NCBI GenBank assembly: GCA_047602405.1
Contig: JASGHJ010000002.1
Span: forward strand, 160,001 to 224,000
Direction: 5' to 3'
Source: Anaeromyxobacteraceae bacterium
GTDB lineage: Bacteria; Myxococcota; Myxococcia; Myxococcales; Anaeromyxobacteraceae
DNA: 64,000 nt
In this document: positions 13,377 through 21,974 of the stretch, one piece after another
Numbering within the stretch: position 1 is the stretch's first letter
How the letters are laid out: each line of letters opens with the position of its first letter
Position numbers and translations under genes: made by a program
Notes under the pieces: generated by a model
Seen by the model: the letters and a program-made list of their open reading frames with translations, nothing else
Databases searched by the model: none
Told to the model about the DNA's origin: nothing

Positions 13377-16073
13377 ATGGGGTCCTACGCCCTCGTCATC
13401 GTCGAGTCCCCGGCCAAGGGGAAGACCATCGAGCGCTACCTCGGGTCGGGGTACCGGGTCATGCCGTCGGTGGGCCACATCGTGGACCTGCCCGAGGGCG
13501 GCGGCCTGCAGATCGACGTCGAGAACGGGTTCGAGCCGACCTACGTCGTCACGAAGCCCGACGTGGTGAAGGGGCTCAAGGCCGCGCTCAAGGAGGCGAA
13601 GGAGCTCTACCTCGCGACCGACGAAGATCGCGAGGGGGAGGCCATCTCCTATCACCTCCACCAGCAGCTGAAGCCCCGGGTGCCCGTGCACCGGATGGTC
13701 TTCCACGAGATCACGAAGAAGGCCATCCAGGAGGCGCTCGAGCACACCCGCGAGATCGACGGCGGGCTCGTCGCGGCGCAGGAGACCCGGCGCGTGCTCG
13801 ACCGGCTGTACGGGTACGAGCTCTCGCCGCTCCTGTGGAAGAAGGTGAAGCCGCGGCTCTCGGCCGGCCGGGTGCAGTCGCCCGCGCTCCGGCTGGTGGT
13901 GGAGCGCGAGCGGGAGCGCATGGCGTTCCGCTCGGTCGCCTACTGGGACGTCGTGGCGAAGCACCCCACCGCCCCCGAGTTCCAGTCCACCCTGGCCGCC
14001 CTCGACGGGAAGCGCGTCGCCGCCGGCAAGGACTTCGACGCCCAGGGCAAGCTGCAGGGCGACGCCCGCCCCGTGGACGAGGCGACCGCCCGCGCCCTCG
14101 CCGGGGCCCTCGAGGGGAAGTCCTTCACGGTGAAGCGCGTCGAGCGGAAGCCCTACCGCTCTTCCCCGCGCCCGCCGTTCATCACCTCCACCCTGCAGCA
14201 GGAGGCGGGCCGCAAGCTCCGCCTCGGCGCGCGCGAGGTCATGCGCACCGCCCAGGGGCTCTACGAGCGCGGCTTCATCACCTACATGCGCACGGACTCG
14301 GTGACGCTCTCCGAGACCGCGCTCGCCGCCGCGCGCGGGCAGATCGCCGAGCTGTTCGGGCAGGCCTTCGTCGCGAAGGAGCCGCGCCGCTACACCTCGA
14401 AGTCGAAGAACGCCCAGGAGGCCCACGAGGCCATCCGCCCGGCCGGCGACACGTTCCGCACGCCCGACGAGGTCAAGCGCGAGCTCTCGCCGCTCGAGCT
14501 GAGGCTCTACGAGCTCATCTGGAAGCGCACGCTCGCCTCCCAGATGGCCGACGCCGAGGGCGAGTCGGTGAACGTCCGCCTCGACGCCCCCCGGGCCGCA
14601 GGGCTGCACGCCGAGTTCAACGCCTCCGGCCGCACCATCTCCTTCCCCGGGTACCTCCGCGCCTACGTCGAGGGCGAGGACGACCCCGACGCGAAGCTCG
14701 AGGACCGCGAGGCGCCGCTGCCGAAGCTCGAGGAGGGCCAGGTCGTCCCGGTCTCCGCGCTCGAGCCGCTCTCGCACACGACCTCGCCGCCGGCGCGCTA
14801 CACCGAGGCGTCGCTCGTGAAGAAGCTCGAGGAGCTCGGCATCGGCCGGCCCTCGACCTACGCCAGCATCATGGCGACCCTGCAGGAGCGCCGGTACATC
14901 CGCAAGAAGGGCCAGGCGCTCGTGCCGGAGTGGGTGAGCTTCCCGGTGGTGCGCCTCCTCGAGGAGCACTTCGGCGACCTCGTCGAGTACGCCTTCACGG
15001 CCGAGCTCGAGGAGGACCTCGACAAGATTGCCGGCAAGGAGATGGCGAAGCTCGAGTTCCTGAAGGAGTTCTACTTCGGGACGAAGCGGCGCCCCGGCCT
15101 CAAGGGCCGCTCCGAGCGCGAGCTCGGCAAGATTGACGCCGCGCTCATGAGCACCATCCCGGTCGGCAAGGCCGACGACGGGGAGGAGATCGTGGTACGG
15201 GTCGGGCGCTACGGCCCGTACCTCAAGAAGGGCGAGCAGACCGCGACGGTGCCGGAGTCGCTCGCCCCGGACGAGCTCTCGGTCGCGAAGGCGGTCGAGA
15301 TCCTCGCGACGCCGCAGGGCGGCAAGACGCTCGGCGTCGATCCGGCGAGCGGCCAGCCCGTCATCGTGCGCACCGGCCGCTTCGGCCCCTACGTGCAGCT
15401 CGGCGAGCCGCCGAAGGGCGAGAAGCCGGAGAAGACCCGCTCGCTCCTGTCGCACATGAAGCCCGAGACGCTGACGCTCGAGGAGGCGCTCTCGCTCCTC
15501 ACGCTCCCGCGCGTGCTCGGCCACGTGGACGGCGAGGACGTGGTGGTCGACCACGGCCGCTACGGCGCCTACGTCCGCCACGGCAAGGAGACCCGGAACC
15601 TCGGCGGCGACCGCGAGGCCGAGGTGCTCACGCTGACGCTCGAGCAGGCGCAGGCCCTCCTCGCGCAGCCCAAGACCTTCCGCGGCCGCGGGACGCCGAA
15701 GCCGCCGCTCGCGTCCTTCGAGAAGGACCCGACCTCCGGCAAGCCCATCGTCCTCAAGGAGGGGCGCTTCGGCCCGTACGTCACCGACGGCGAGACGAAC
15801 GCATCGCTCCGCCGCGGCGAGGATCCCTCCGAGCTCACCTGGGAGCGCGCGGTCGAGCTCCTCGTGGAGCGCCGCGCCGCGCTGGCGTCGCCCGACGCCG
15901 GCCGCCGGGCCGCGCGCGGGAAGCCGAAGCGCCGCGGCGCGAAGGCCGACCTCGGCGTCGCGCCCGCGCCGAAGGCCGTGGCCGCCGGCGCCGAGAAGCC
16001 CGCCGCGAAGGCGCCGAAGGCCGCGGGCGGCAAGAAGGCCGCCGCCCCGAAGAAGAAGGCGAAGAAGGGCTAG
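13377..16073 (+). CDS. topA: DNA topoisomerase I with C-terminal GR(Y/F)GPY repeats and Lys/Ala-rich tail
   Basis: LVIVESPAK, ATDEDREGE, SAGRVQS, ITYMRTDS, QEAHEAIRP, GIGRPSTY. Confidence 0.97.
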   Translation: MGSYALVIVESPAKGKTIERYLGSGYRVMPSVGHIVDLPEGGGLQIDVENGFEPTYVVTKPDVVKGLKAALKEAKELYLATDEDREGEAISYHLHQQLKPRVPVHRMVFHEITKKAIQEALEHTREIDGGLVAAQETRRVLDRLYGYELSPLLWKKVKPRLSAGRVQSPALRLVVERERERMAFRSVAYWDVVAKHPTAPEFQSTLAALDGKRVAAGKDFDAQGKLQGDARPVDEATARALAGALEGKSFTVKRVERKPYRSSPRPPFITSTLQQEAGRKLRLGAREVMRTAQGLYERGFITYMRTDSVTLSETALAAARGQIAELFGQAFVAKEPRRYTSKSKNAQEAHEAIRPAGDTFRTPDEVKRELSPLELRLYELIWKRTLASQMADAEGESVNVRLDAPRAAGLHAEFNASGRTISFPGYLRAYVEGEDDPDAKLEDREAPLPKLEEGQVVPVSALEPLSHTTSPPARYTEASLVKKLEELGIGRPSTYASIMATLQERRYIRKKGQALVPEWVSFPVVRLLEEHFGDLVEYAFTAELEEDLDKIAGKEMAKLEFLKEFYFGTKRRPGLKGRSERELGKIDAALMSTIPVGKADDGEEIVVRVGRYGPYLKKGEQTATVPESLAPDELSVAKAVEILATPQGGKTLGVDPASGQPVIVRTGRFGPYVQLGEPPKGEKPEKTRSLLSHMKPETLTLEEALSLLTLPRVLGHVDGEDVVVDHGRYGAYVRHGKETRNLGGDREAEVLTLTLEQAQALLAQPKTFRGRGTPKPPLASFEKDPTSGKPIVLKEGRFGPYVTDGETNASLRRGEDPSELTWERAVELLVERRAALASPDAGRRAARGKPKRRGAKADLGVAPAPKAVAAGAEKPAAKAPKAAGGKKAAAPKKKAKKG

Positions 16074-16094
16074 CGTCCCCCGGAGGTCCGTCCC

Positions 16095-16466
16095 ATGGCC
16101 GCCTCGACGAAGGACCTCCTGCTGAAGCTGTTCGCCGGAGGGGACGCGAGGCCGGTCCGCACGTCGCAGACGCTCTTCCGCGAGGGCGAGCAGGGCAACT
16201 CGGCCTTCGTGGTGCTCGAGGGCGAGCTCGAGATCACGATCCGCGGCATCACCATGGAGCGCGTCGGCCCGGGCGGCATCGTCGGCGAGATGGCGTTCGT
16301 GGACGACTCGCCGCGCGCGGCGAGCGTGTCGGCGCTCGTCGACTCGAAGGTGGTCGAGGTGCCGGCCGCGCGCTTCGACGAGATTGTGCGGAGGGACCCC
16401 GCGTTCGCGCGCGTGCTGCTCTCGATCGTCTCCGAGCGGCTCCGGAAGATGAACCGGTACCTGTAG
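16095..16466 (+). CDS. Stand-alone cyclic nucleotide-binding domain protein
   Basis: LFREGE, VVLEG, GEMA, PRAASV motifs; GGAGG RBS. Confidence 0.88.
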   Translation: MAASTKDLLLKLFAGGDARPVRTSQTLFREGEQGNSAFVVLEGELEITIRGITMERVGPGGIVGEMAFVDDSPRAASVSALVDSKVVEVPAARFDEIVRRDPAFARVLLSIVSERLRKMNRYL

Positions 16467-16507
16467 GACGGCCTCCCTGCGGGGGCGGGGGCTTGACGCC
16501 GACAGGC

Positions 16508-16529
16508 CTGTGCTGAAAAATCAGCACAG
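16508..16529. promoter_or_regulatory. Putative BlaI-family operator, copy 1, over a leaderless-type promoter
   Basis: Perfect CTGTGCTGA-AAAA-TCAGCACAG inverted repeat abutting the ATG; TTGACG (16493) then 17 nt then AAAAAT. Confidence 0.8.
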
Positions 16530-16919
16530 ATGCCACGCAAGGTCGCCGAGTCCCTCAGCCGCCGCGAGCGGCAGGTCATGAACGTCCTCTTCCGCCGCGG
16601 CGAGGCCACGGTCGCCGAGGTGCTCGGCGACCTCGCGGACCCGCCCACCTACTCCGCCGTGCGCTCGGTGCTGCGCATCCTCGCGGAGAAGGGGCTCGTC
16701 ACGCACCGGGAGGACGGGCCTCGGTACGTGTACCTGCCCGCGGTCGAGACGGGCCGGGCCGGGACGGAGGCGCTGCAGCACGTGGTGAAGACGTTCTTCG
16801 AGGGCTCCGCCGAGCAGGCGGTGACGGCGCTCCTCGAGCTGAGCGACGCCGGCCTCACCGACGCGGAGCTCGAACGGCTGCGCGAGCGCATCCGCGCCGC
16901 GAAGAAGGCGGGGAGGTGA
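16530..16919 (+). CDS. BlaI/MecI/CopY family repressor
   Basis: LSRRERQVMNVL..TVAEV..PTYSAVRSVLRILAEKG..FFEGS pattern. Confidence 0.93.
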   Translation: MPRKVAESLSRRERQVMNVLFRRGEATVAEVLGDLADPPTYSAVRSVLRILAEKGLVTHREDGPRYVYLPAVETGRAGTEALQHVVKTFFEGSAEQAVTALLELSDAGLTDAELERLRERIRAAKKAGR

Positions 16920-16920
16920 C

Positions 16921-18887
16921 GTGATGGCCCTCGAGCTCGCGCTCCTCGTGGCGAAGGCGACCGCGCTCCTCGGCGCGGGCGCGCTCGTGGCCCTCGCGCT
17001 CCGCGGCGCCTCCGCGGGCGCCCGGCACCTCGCGTGGGCGCTGACGCTCGGCGCCGCGCTGGTGCTCCCGGCGGCCGCCCGCCTGAGCCCGTGGCGGCTC
17101 GAGGTGCTGCCGGCGCCGGCGGCCGTCGAGGCACCGCCGGCCGCGCTCGCCCCCGCCGACGGGGTCCCGGAGCCGTCCGCCGCGCCGGTCCGCCCCCTCC
17201 CATCCCGCGCGCACGGCCAGGTCACGCCGGCGCGCGCCGTACCGTCGCCGTCGCCGTCTCGGGCGGAGGCGATCACGTTCGCGCCCGATCCGGCGGCGCT
17301 CGCCGTGATCCTCTGGGCCGCGGGCGCCGTCCTGCTCGCGCTCCGCGCCCTCGACGGCCAGCGCGCCGCCCGGCGGCTCGTGCGCGCCGCCCGGCCCTGC
17401 GCGGACCCCCGGCGGCTCGACCTCCTCATCGATTCCTCTCCGACCGGCTCGGCCTCGAGGAGCCGCCCCGCCTGCTCGTGAGCGACGCCGTGGCGATGCC
17501 GTTCGCGTACGGGCTCCTCCGCCCCGTGCTGGTCCTGCCCGCGCAGGCGGCGCGGTGGGACGACGCCCGGCTCGCCGTGGTGCTCCTGCACGAGCTCGCG
17601 CACGTGCGGCGGCGCGATCCCGCCGTGCACGCGCTCGCCGGCCTCGCGCGGGCGGCGTGGTGGTTCCACCCGCTCGCGTGGTGGGGTGCGGCGCGCCTGC
17701 GGGCGGAGGCCGAGCGCGCGGCCGACGATCACGTGCTGGCGTGCGGCGCCCGGCCCAGCGACTACGCGACCCACCTCGTCGAGATCCTCGCCGCGGCGCG
17801 GAGGCCCGGGGTGCCCGCGGCCGCGCTCGCGATGGCGCGCGTGCGCGAGCTCGAGGGCCGCCTCGTCGCGCTGCTCGATCCCGCCGTCCGCCGGGGCGCG
17901 CCGGGCCTCGCCGCCCGGGCCGGGCTCTCGCTCGTGCTGGCGGCGGCGCTCGTCACGGTGTCCGCGGCGGCGACGACCGCACCGGCGCCGGCCGCCGCGC
18001 CTCCGAAGGCCTCCCCGGCGGAGGCCTCGGCGCCGGCGACCGCGGCGGCACCCGCGGAGCCCGCGCGCCCGGTCACCGCGCCCCGCCGCACGGTGAGCGC
18101 GGCGCAGCCCGCGAAGGCGGCGGCGCCGGCCCTCGCCGCGCCCGTGACCGCGCCGGCCGCTCCCGGAGCGGGCGCCCGCACGGCGCTGCTCTCGAAGGTG
18201 CTGGCCACCAATCCCGACGCGGAGGTCCGCAGGGCTGCGGCCTGGGCGCTCGCGCAGGACCGCGGCGCCGCCTCCGCGGCGGAGCCGCTCGTGGGCGCGG
18301 TTCGCGGAGACGCCGACCCCGAGGTGCGCGAGATGGCCGCCTGGGCGCTCGCCGACGCACCCGGCGCCTCCATCGGCGCCGCCCTGGCCGCGGCGCTCCG
18401 CTCCGACCGGGAGGCCGAGGTGCGGCGGACCGCCGCCTGGGCGCTCGGTCACCGCGAGGACGGCGACGCCGCCGCGCTCGCCGCCGCCGCGAAGGACCGG
18501 GACGCCGAGGTCCGCGAGGTGGCGCTCTGGGCGCTCGGCCAGCGGCGGGCCGCGGAGGCCCAGGCCGCGGCGGCGGGCGCGCTCCGGGATCCCGAGCGCG
18601 ACGTGCGGCTGGCGGCGGCGTGGGTGCTCGGCGAGCTGCCGGACGCCTCGGCCGCGAAGGCCCTCGAGGCCGCCTTCCAGTCCGAGCAGGACGGCGAGGT
18701 GCGCGAGGCGCAGCTCCGGGCGCTCGCCTTCCTGGGCGACGCCGAGGGCGCGTGGCTCGAGAAGGCGCTCACCTCGCGCGACGCGGAGCTCCGCGCCCGC
18801 GTGGTGGCCATGCTCGCGGGGAAGGGGCCGGGCCCGTGGCCGTGGCCGTGGCCGTGGCCATGGCCGGATCCGAGGCCGATGCCCTGA
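16921..18887 (+). CDS. M56 (BlaR1-like) peptidase fused to an Ala/Pro linker, 7 HEAT repeats and a (PW)n tail; apparent frameshift at 17431-17435
   Basis: N-terminal TMs (SAGARHLAW), HELAH zinc motif, WFHPLAW, EAERAADD, YATHL; EVRxxAAWAL repeats. ORFs 16921..17481 and 17034..18887 join at GATTC. Confidence 0.88.
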
Positions 18888-18934
18888 GGGGGAGCGGGGG
18901 AGCACGGGGGGCAAGGAACTTGCGCGTGGAGAGG

Positions 18935-18950
18935 TGCTGAAAAATCAGCA
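18935..18950. promoter_or_regulatory. Putative BlaI-family operator, copy 2
   Basis: TGCTGAAAAATCAGCA, identical to 16511-16526, upstream of the HEAT gene. Confidence 0.8.
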
Positions 18951-18961
18951 GCGGCGCGGGA

Positions 18962-19007
18962 CCTTCCCCGACCCGAAGCGGCGGGGGAGAGGGCCAGGGT
19001 GAGGGGG
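18962..19007. repeat. REP-like GGGGAGAGGG...GGGTGAGGGG element
   Basis: CCTTCCCC...GGGGGAGAGGGCCAGGGTGAGGGGG resembles a common GC-rich intergenic repeat; one copy seen here. Confidence 0.45.
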
Positions 19008-19010
19008 CGC

Positions 19011-19112
19011 CGGAGCGGGAGCGGGAGCGGGAGCGGGAACGGGAACGGAAGCGGGAACGGGAGCGGGAACGGGAGCGGGAACGGGAGCGGGAGCGGGATC
19101 AGAAGCAGAAGC
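19011..19112 (+). repeat. Degenerate hexanucleotide tandem repeat (CGGGAG/CGGGAA)n
   Basis: About 15 units decaying into CAGAAG just before the RBS. Confidence 0.9.
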
Positions 19113-19123
19113 AGGAGGGAACA

Positions 19124-20438
19124 ATGGCCATGTGTTCGGCGATCTTGTCGGCGATGCTGGGGTTCACCACGGCGGTGGCGGCGCCGCAGGGAGGGGATTC
19201 GAGGGACCTGCTCAGCGCGGCGCGGGGGGCGGCGCCGGCGCTGTGCGCGCTCGCGATCGACGGCGTGGGGAGAGGCGGCGGGCACGGGTTCGATGCGCCG
19301 TCGCTGCCCGTGACGACCGCGGTGCGCGAGCGGCTCCGCGGGAGGGGGGCGGCGCCTTCGGCCGAGGAGGCGAAGGCCCTCGTCGGCGCGCTCGGCGCGG
19401 GGGACCCGTGCGAGCGCCACATGGCGGCGACGCTGCTCGGGCGGAGCGGCTCGGCGCCGCTCGCGGCGGAGGTCGCCGGGCGGCTCGGCGCGGCGGCCGC
19501 GCCGGAGCGCGCGGCGGTGCTCCTCGCGCTCGGGACGATGGAGGCCTCGGCCCAGGCGGCGCCGGTGGCGAGGGCGCTCGGCGACGGCGTCAGGGAGGTC
19601 CGCGCCAACGCGGCCTGGGCGCTCGGGCGCATGGAGGCGAAGGGGCAGGTGCCGGCGCTGCAGGCGGCGCTGAAGGACCGGGAGCCGATGGTGCGCGCGG
19701 CGAGCGCGACCGCCCTCGGGCGGATGGAGGCGAAGGCGGCGGTGGAGGCGCTCGGCAAGGTGCTCCGCGCGGACGAGGACGCCGAGGTCCGCCGCACCGC
19801 CGCCTGGGCGCTCGGCGAGCTCGAGGACCGCGCGGGCGCCGGCGCGCTCGCGGCGGCGCTCGCCGGTGACAAGGCGGTGCCGGTGCGCGAGATGGCCGCG
19901 TGGGCGCTCGGGAACCTCGAGGCGAAGGACCAGGTGGAGGCGCTCTCCCGCGCGCTCTCCGACGACGCGATCGAGGTGCGCGAGACGGCGGCCTGGGCGC
20001 TCGGCGAGCTCGAGGCGCGCGGCGCGGAGCCGGCGCTCGCGAAGGCGCTCGCGGACAAGGCGCCGGAGGTCCGCGAGACCGCGGCCTGGGCGCTCGGGCA
20101 GCTCGAGCTCCGGACGGCGCCGCCGGGGCTGGTCGCCGCGCTCAAGGATCCCGAGGCGGACGTCCGCCTCGCCGCGGCCTGGGCGCTCTCGGAGAATCGC
20201 GGACCGCGGGGTGGCCGCCGCGATCGCGGGCGCGCTCCAGGCCGAGAAGGACGACAAGGTGCGCAAGGCCGAGATCCGCGCGCTCGTCGAGCTCGACGAG
20301 CCGCCCGCGGAGGTGCTGAAGGGGCTGCTCGAGGCGAAGGACCCCGAGACGCGCGCGCTCGCGGTGCGTGCGCTCGCGGGCCGGGGGCACCCGTGGCCGT
20401 GGCCCTGGCCGCGCCCGCAGCCCCGGCCGTCGCCTTGA
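19124..20438 (+). CDS. Secreted HEAT-repeat protein (~11 repeats) with (PW)n tail; apparent +1 frameshift at 20194-20198
   Basis: Signal-like N-terminus; repeated EVRxxAAWALG. Removing one A from GAATC gives WALSEIADRG and continues into ORF 19866..20438. Confidence 0.88.
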
Positions 20439-20490
20439 GAGGAGCGGCGGAGGGTGTCCGGGGGTAGGATGCGCGCGGAGGAACCACCCC

Positions 20491-21120
20491 ATGCGCCCAG
20501 CCATCCTCGCCGTCGTCGCCTCCGCCGCGCTCGCCTGCGGCACGTCCACTCCGCCCCCGGCGCCGTCGCCCGCCCCGGTGCCGGCCCAGCCCGCGGCGCA
20601 GCCCGCCCCCGCGCCGGTCGCGGCGCCCGCGCCCGCTCCCGCACCGGAGCCCGCGCCCACGCCGGCCCCGAAGCTGGAGGAGAAGGTCGTGGCGCAGGCT
20701 CCGGCCCCCGCGCCGAAGCCGGAGGTGAAGCCCGAGCCGAAGCCGGCGGCGCCCGCGCCCGCTCCGGCCCCCGCGCCGAAGCCGGAGGTGAAGCCCGAGC
20801 CGAAGCCTGCGGCGCCCACCCCCGCTCCCGCCCCCGCCGAGCCCGCGTCCACGCACGCCAAGGTCGGCGCCGCGAAGTGCAAGATGTGCCACAAGGTCCA
20901 GTACGCCTCGTGGGAGGCCTCGAAGCACCCGGCCGCGAACGTCGACTGCGAGGCCTGCCACGGCAACGGCGGCGAGTACTGGATGGCGTCCGTGATGAGG
21001 GATCGCGCGAAGGCGACGGCGGCCGGGCTCGTGATGCCCACGGTCGCGAGCTGCAAGAAGTGCCACCCGGGCGCGGACGCCGCGCTCCTCGGGAAGGCCC
21101 ACGCGCACAAGGGCGGGTAG
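20491..21120 (+). CDS. Tri-haem c-type cytochrome lipoprotein with long Pro-rich linker
   Basis: Lipobox ALAC; CKMCH, CEACH, CKKCH; GGAGG RBS. Confidence 0.88.
   Translation: MRPAILAVVASAALACGTSTPPPAPSPAPVPAQPAAQPAPAPVAAPAPAPAPEPAPTPAPKLEEKVVAQAPAPAPKPEVKPEPKPAAPAPAPAPAPKPEVKPEPKPAAPTPAPAPAEPASTHAKVGAAKCKMCHKVQYASWEASKHPAANVDCEACHGNGGEYWMASVMRDRAKATAAGLVMPTVASCKKCHPGADAALLGKAHAHKGG
20698..20823 (+). repeat. In-frame ~63-bp tandem duplication (APAPAPKPEVKPEPKPAAP x2)
   Basis: Near-identical copies start at 20698 and 20761. Confidence 0.85.
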
Positions 21121-21121
21121 C

Positions 21122-21586
21122 TTGCCGGCTCCCGCTCCCGAGACGTTCCGCCTGCGCGCCGAGGCCATGCAGGGCGTGGCGCGCAGGCTCAACCTGCGCT
21201 TCCTCCTCACCGTGGCCGCGGTCGCGCTCATCGTGGTCGCGCTCTTCTCGGCGGGGCTGCGCGACCAGGAGGGCGGCTACCGCGCGCTCGCGGTGGGCTT
21301 CGTGGTCCTCGCCGTCTTCGCGTACTGGGGCTGGCGGCGGCGCCTCACGCGCTTCCGCGAGCGGTGGGCCTCGTTCACCGTCGTGCTCGAGCCCGACGCG
21401 CTCGTCCGCAGCGTCGTGGGCTACCCGGAGGTGCGGATCCCGCGCGCCGAGGTGGCGTCGGTCGGCGAGGCGCCGGCGGGCGTCGTGGTCCGGGCGAAGG
21501 GCGGGCAGGCCATCGTGCTGCCGCGCGAGCTCGAGGGGTACGAGCGGCTCCGCGCGGCCGTCGCGGCCTGGAAGCCGGAGGGCTGA
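21122..21586 (+). CDS. Two-TM membrane protein with soluble C-terminal domain
   Basis: Two hydrophobic helices; TTG start 1 nt after the upstream stop. Confidence 0.7.
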   Translation: MPAPAPETFRLRAEAMQGVARRLNLRFLLTVAAVALIVVALFSAGLRDQEGGYRALAVGFVVLAVFAYWGWRRRLTRFRERWASFTVVLEPDALVRSVVGYPEVRIPRAEVASVGEAPAGVVVRAKGGQAIVLPRELEGYERLRAAVAAWKPEG

Positions 21587-21588
21587 GC

Positions 21589-21963
21589 GTGCGGTGGGCG
21601 TTCGTCGCGCTCGCCGCGTTCGTGGCACTCGGCGCGGTGCCGGTGGGCGCGCAGTGGGTGCTCCACCCGGACGGCGGGACCATCGGCATGCCGCTCGCCG
21701 TGCTCGCGCCGACGCCGTTCCGGGACTTCCTCGTCCCGGGCGCGCTGCTGCTCGGGGCCGTCGGCGGGAGCCAGCTCGCCGCGGGGGCGCTGGTGCTCCT
21801 CGGCCGTCCGCAGGGCCGCCTCGCAGCGCTCGGCGCCGGCGCGATCCTCGCCGGCTGGATCGCGGTGCAGGTGCTGCTGATCGGCTACGCGAGCTTCTGG
21901 CAGCCGCTCATGGGCGGCGTCGCGCTCGCGGAGCTCGCGGTGGGGTGGCGGGTCGGGCGCTGA
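21589..21963 (+). CDS. Small multi-TM hypothetical membrane protein
   Basis: GTG start; four hydrophobic segments including TPFRDFLVPGALLL and GWIAVQV. Confidence 0.7.
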   Translation: MRWAFVALAAFVALGAVPVGAQWVLHPDGGTIGMPLAVLAPTPFRDFLVPGALLLGAVGGSQLAAGALVLLGRPQGRLAALGAGAILAGWIAVQVLLIGYASFWQPLMGGVALAELAVGWRVGR

Positions 21964-21974
21964 AGCGCTGCCCG

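Noticed and set aside
16530..18887. Canonical beta-lactam resistance cassette (blaI-blaR1-blaZ)
   Set aside because: No penicillin-binding sensor domain and no adjacent beta-lactamase; the MBL-fold gene at 23747 looks RNase Z-like and is unlinked.
18999..19313. Gly/Ser/Asn-repeat ORF, and repeat ORFs near 39454-39720
   Set aside because: Translations of intergenic simple repeats with no RBS or other coding support.
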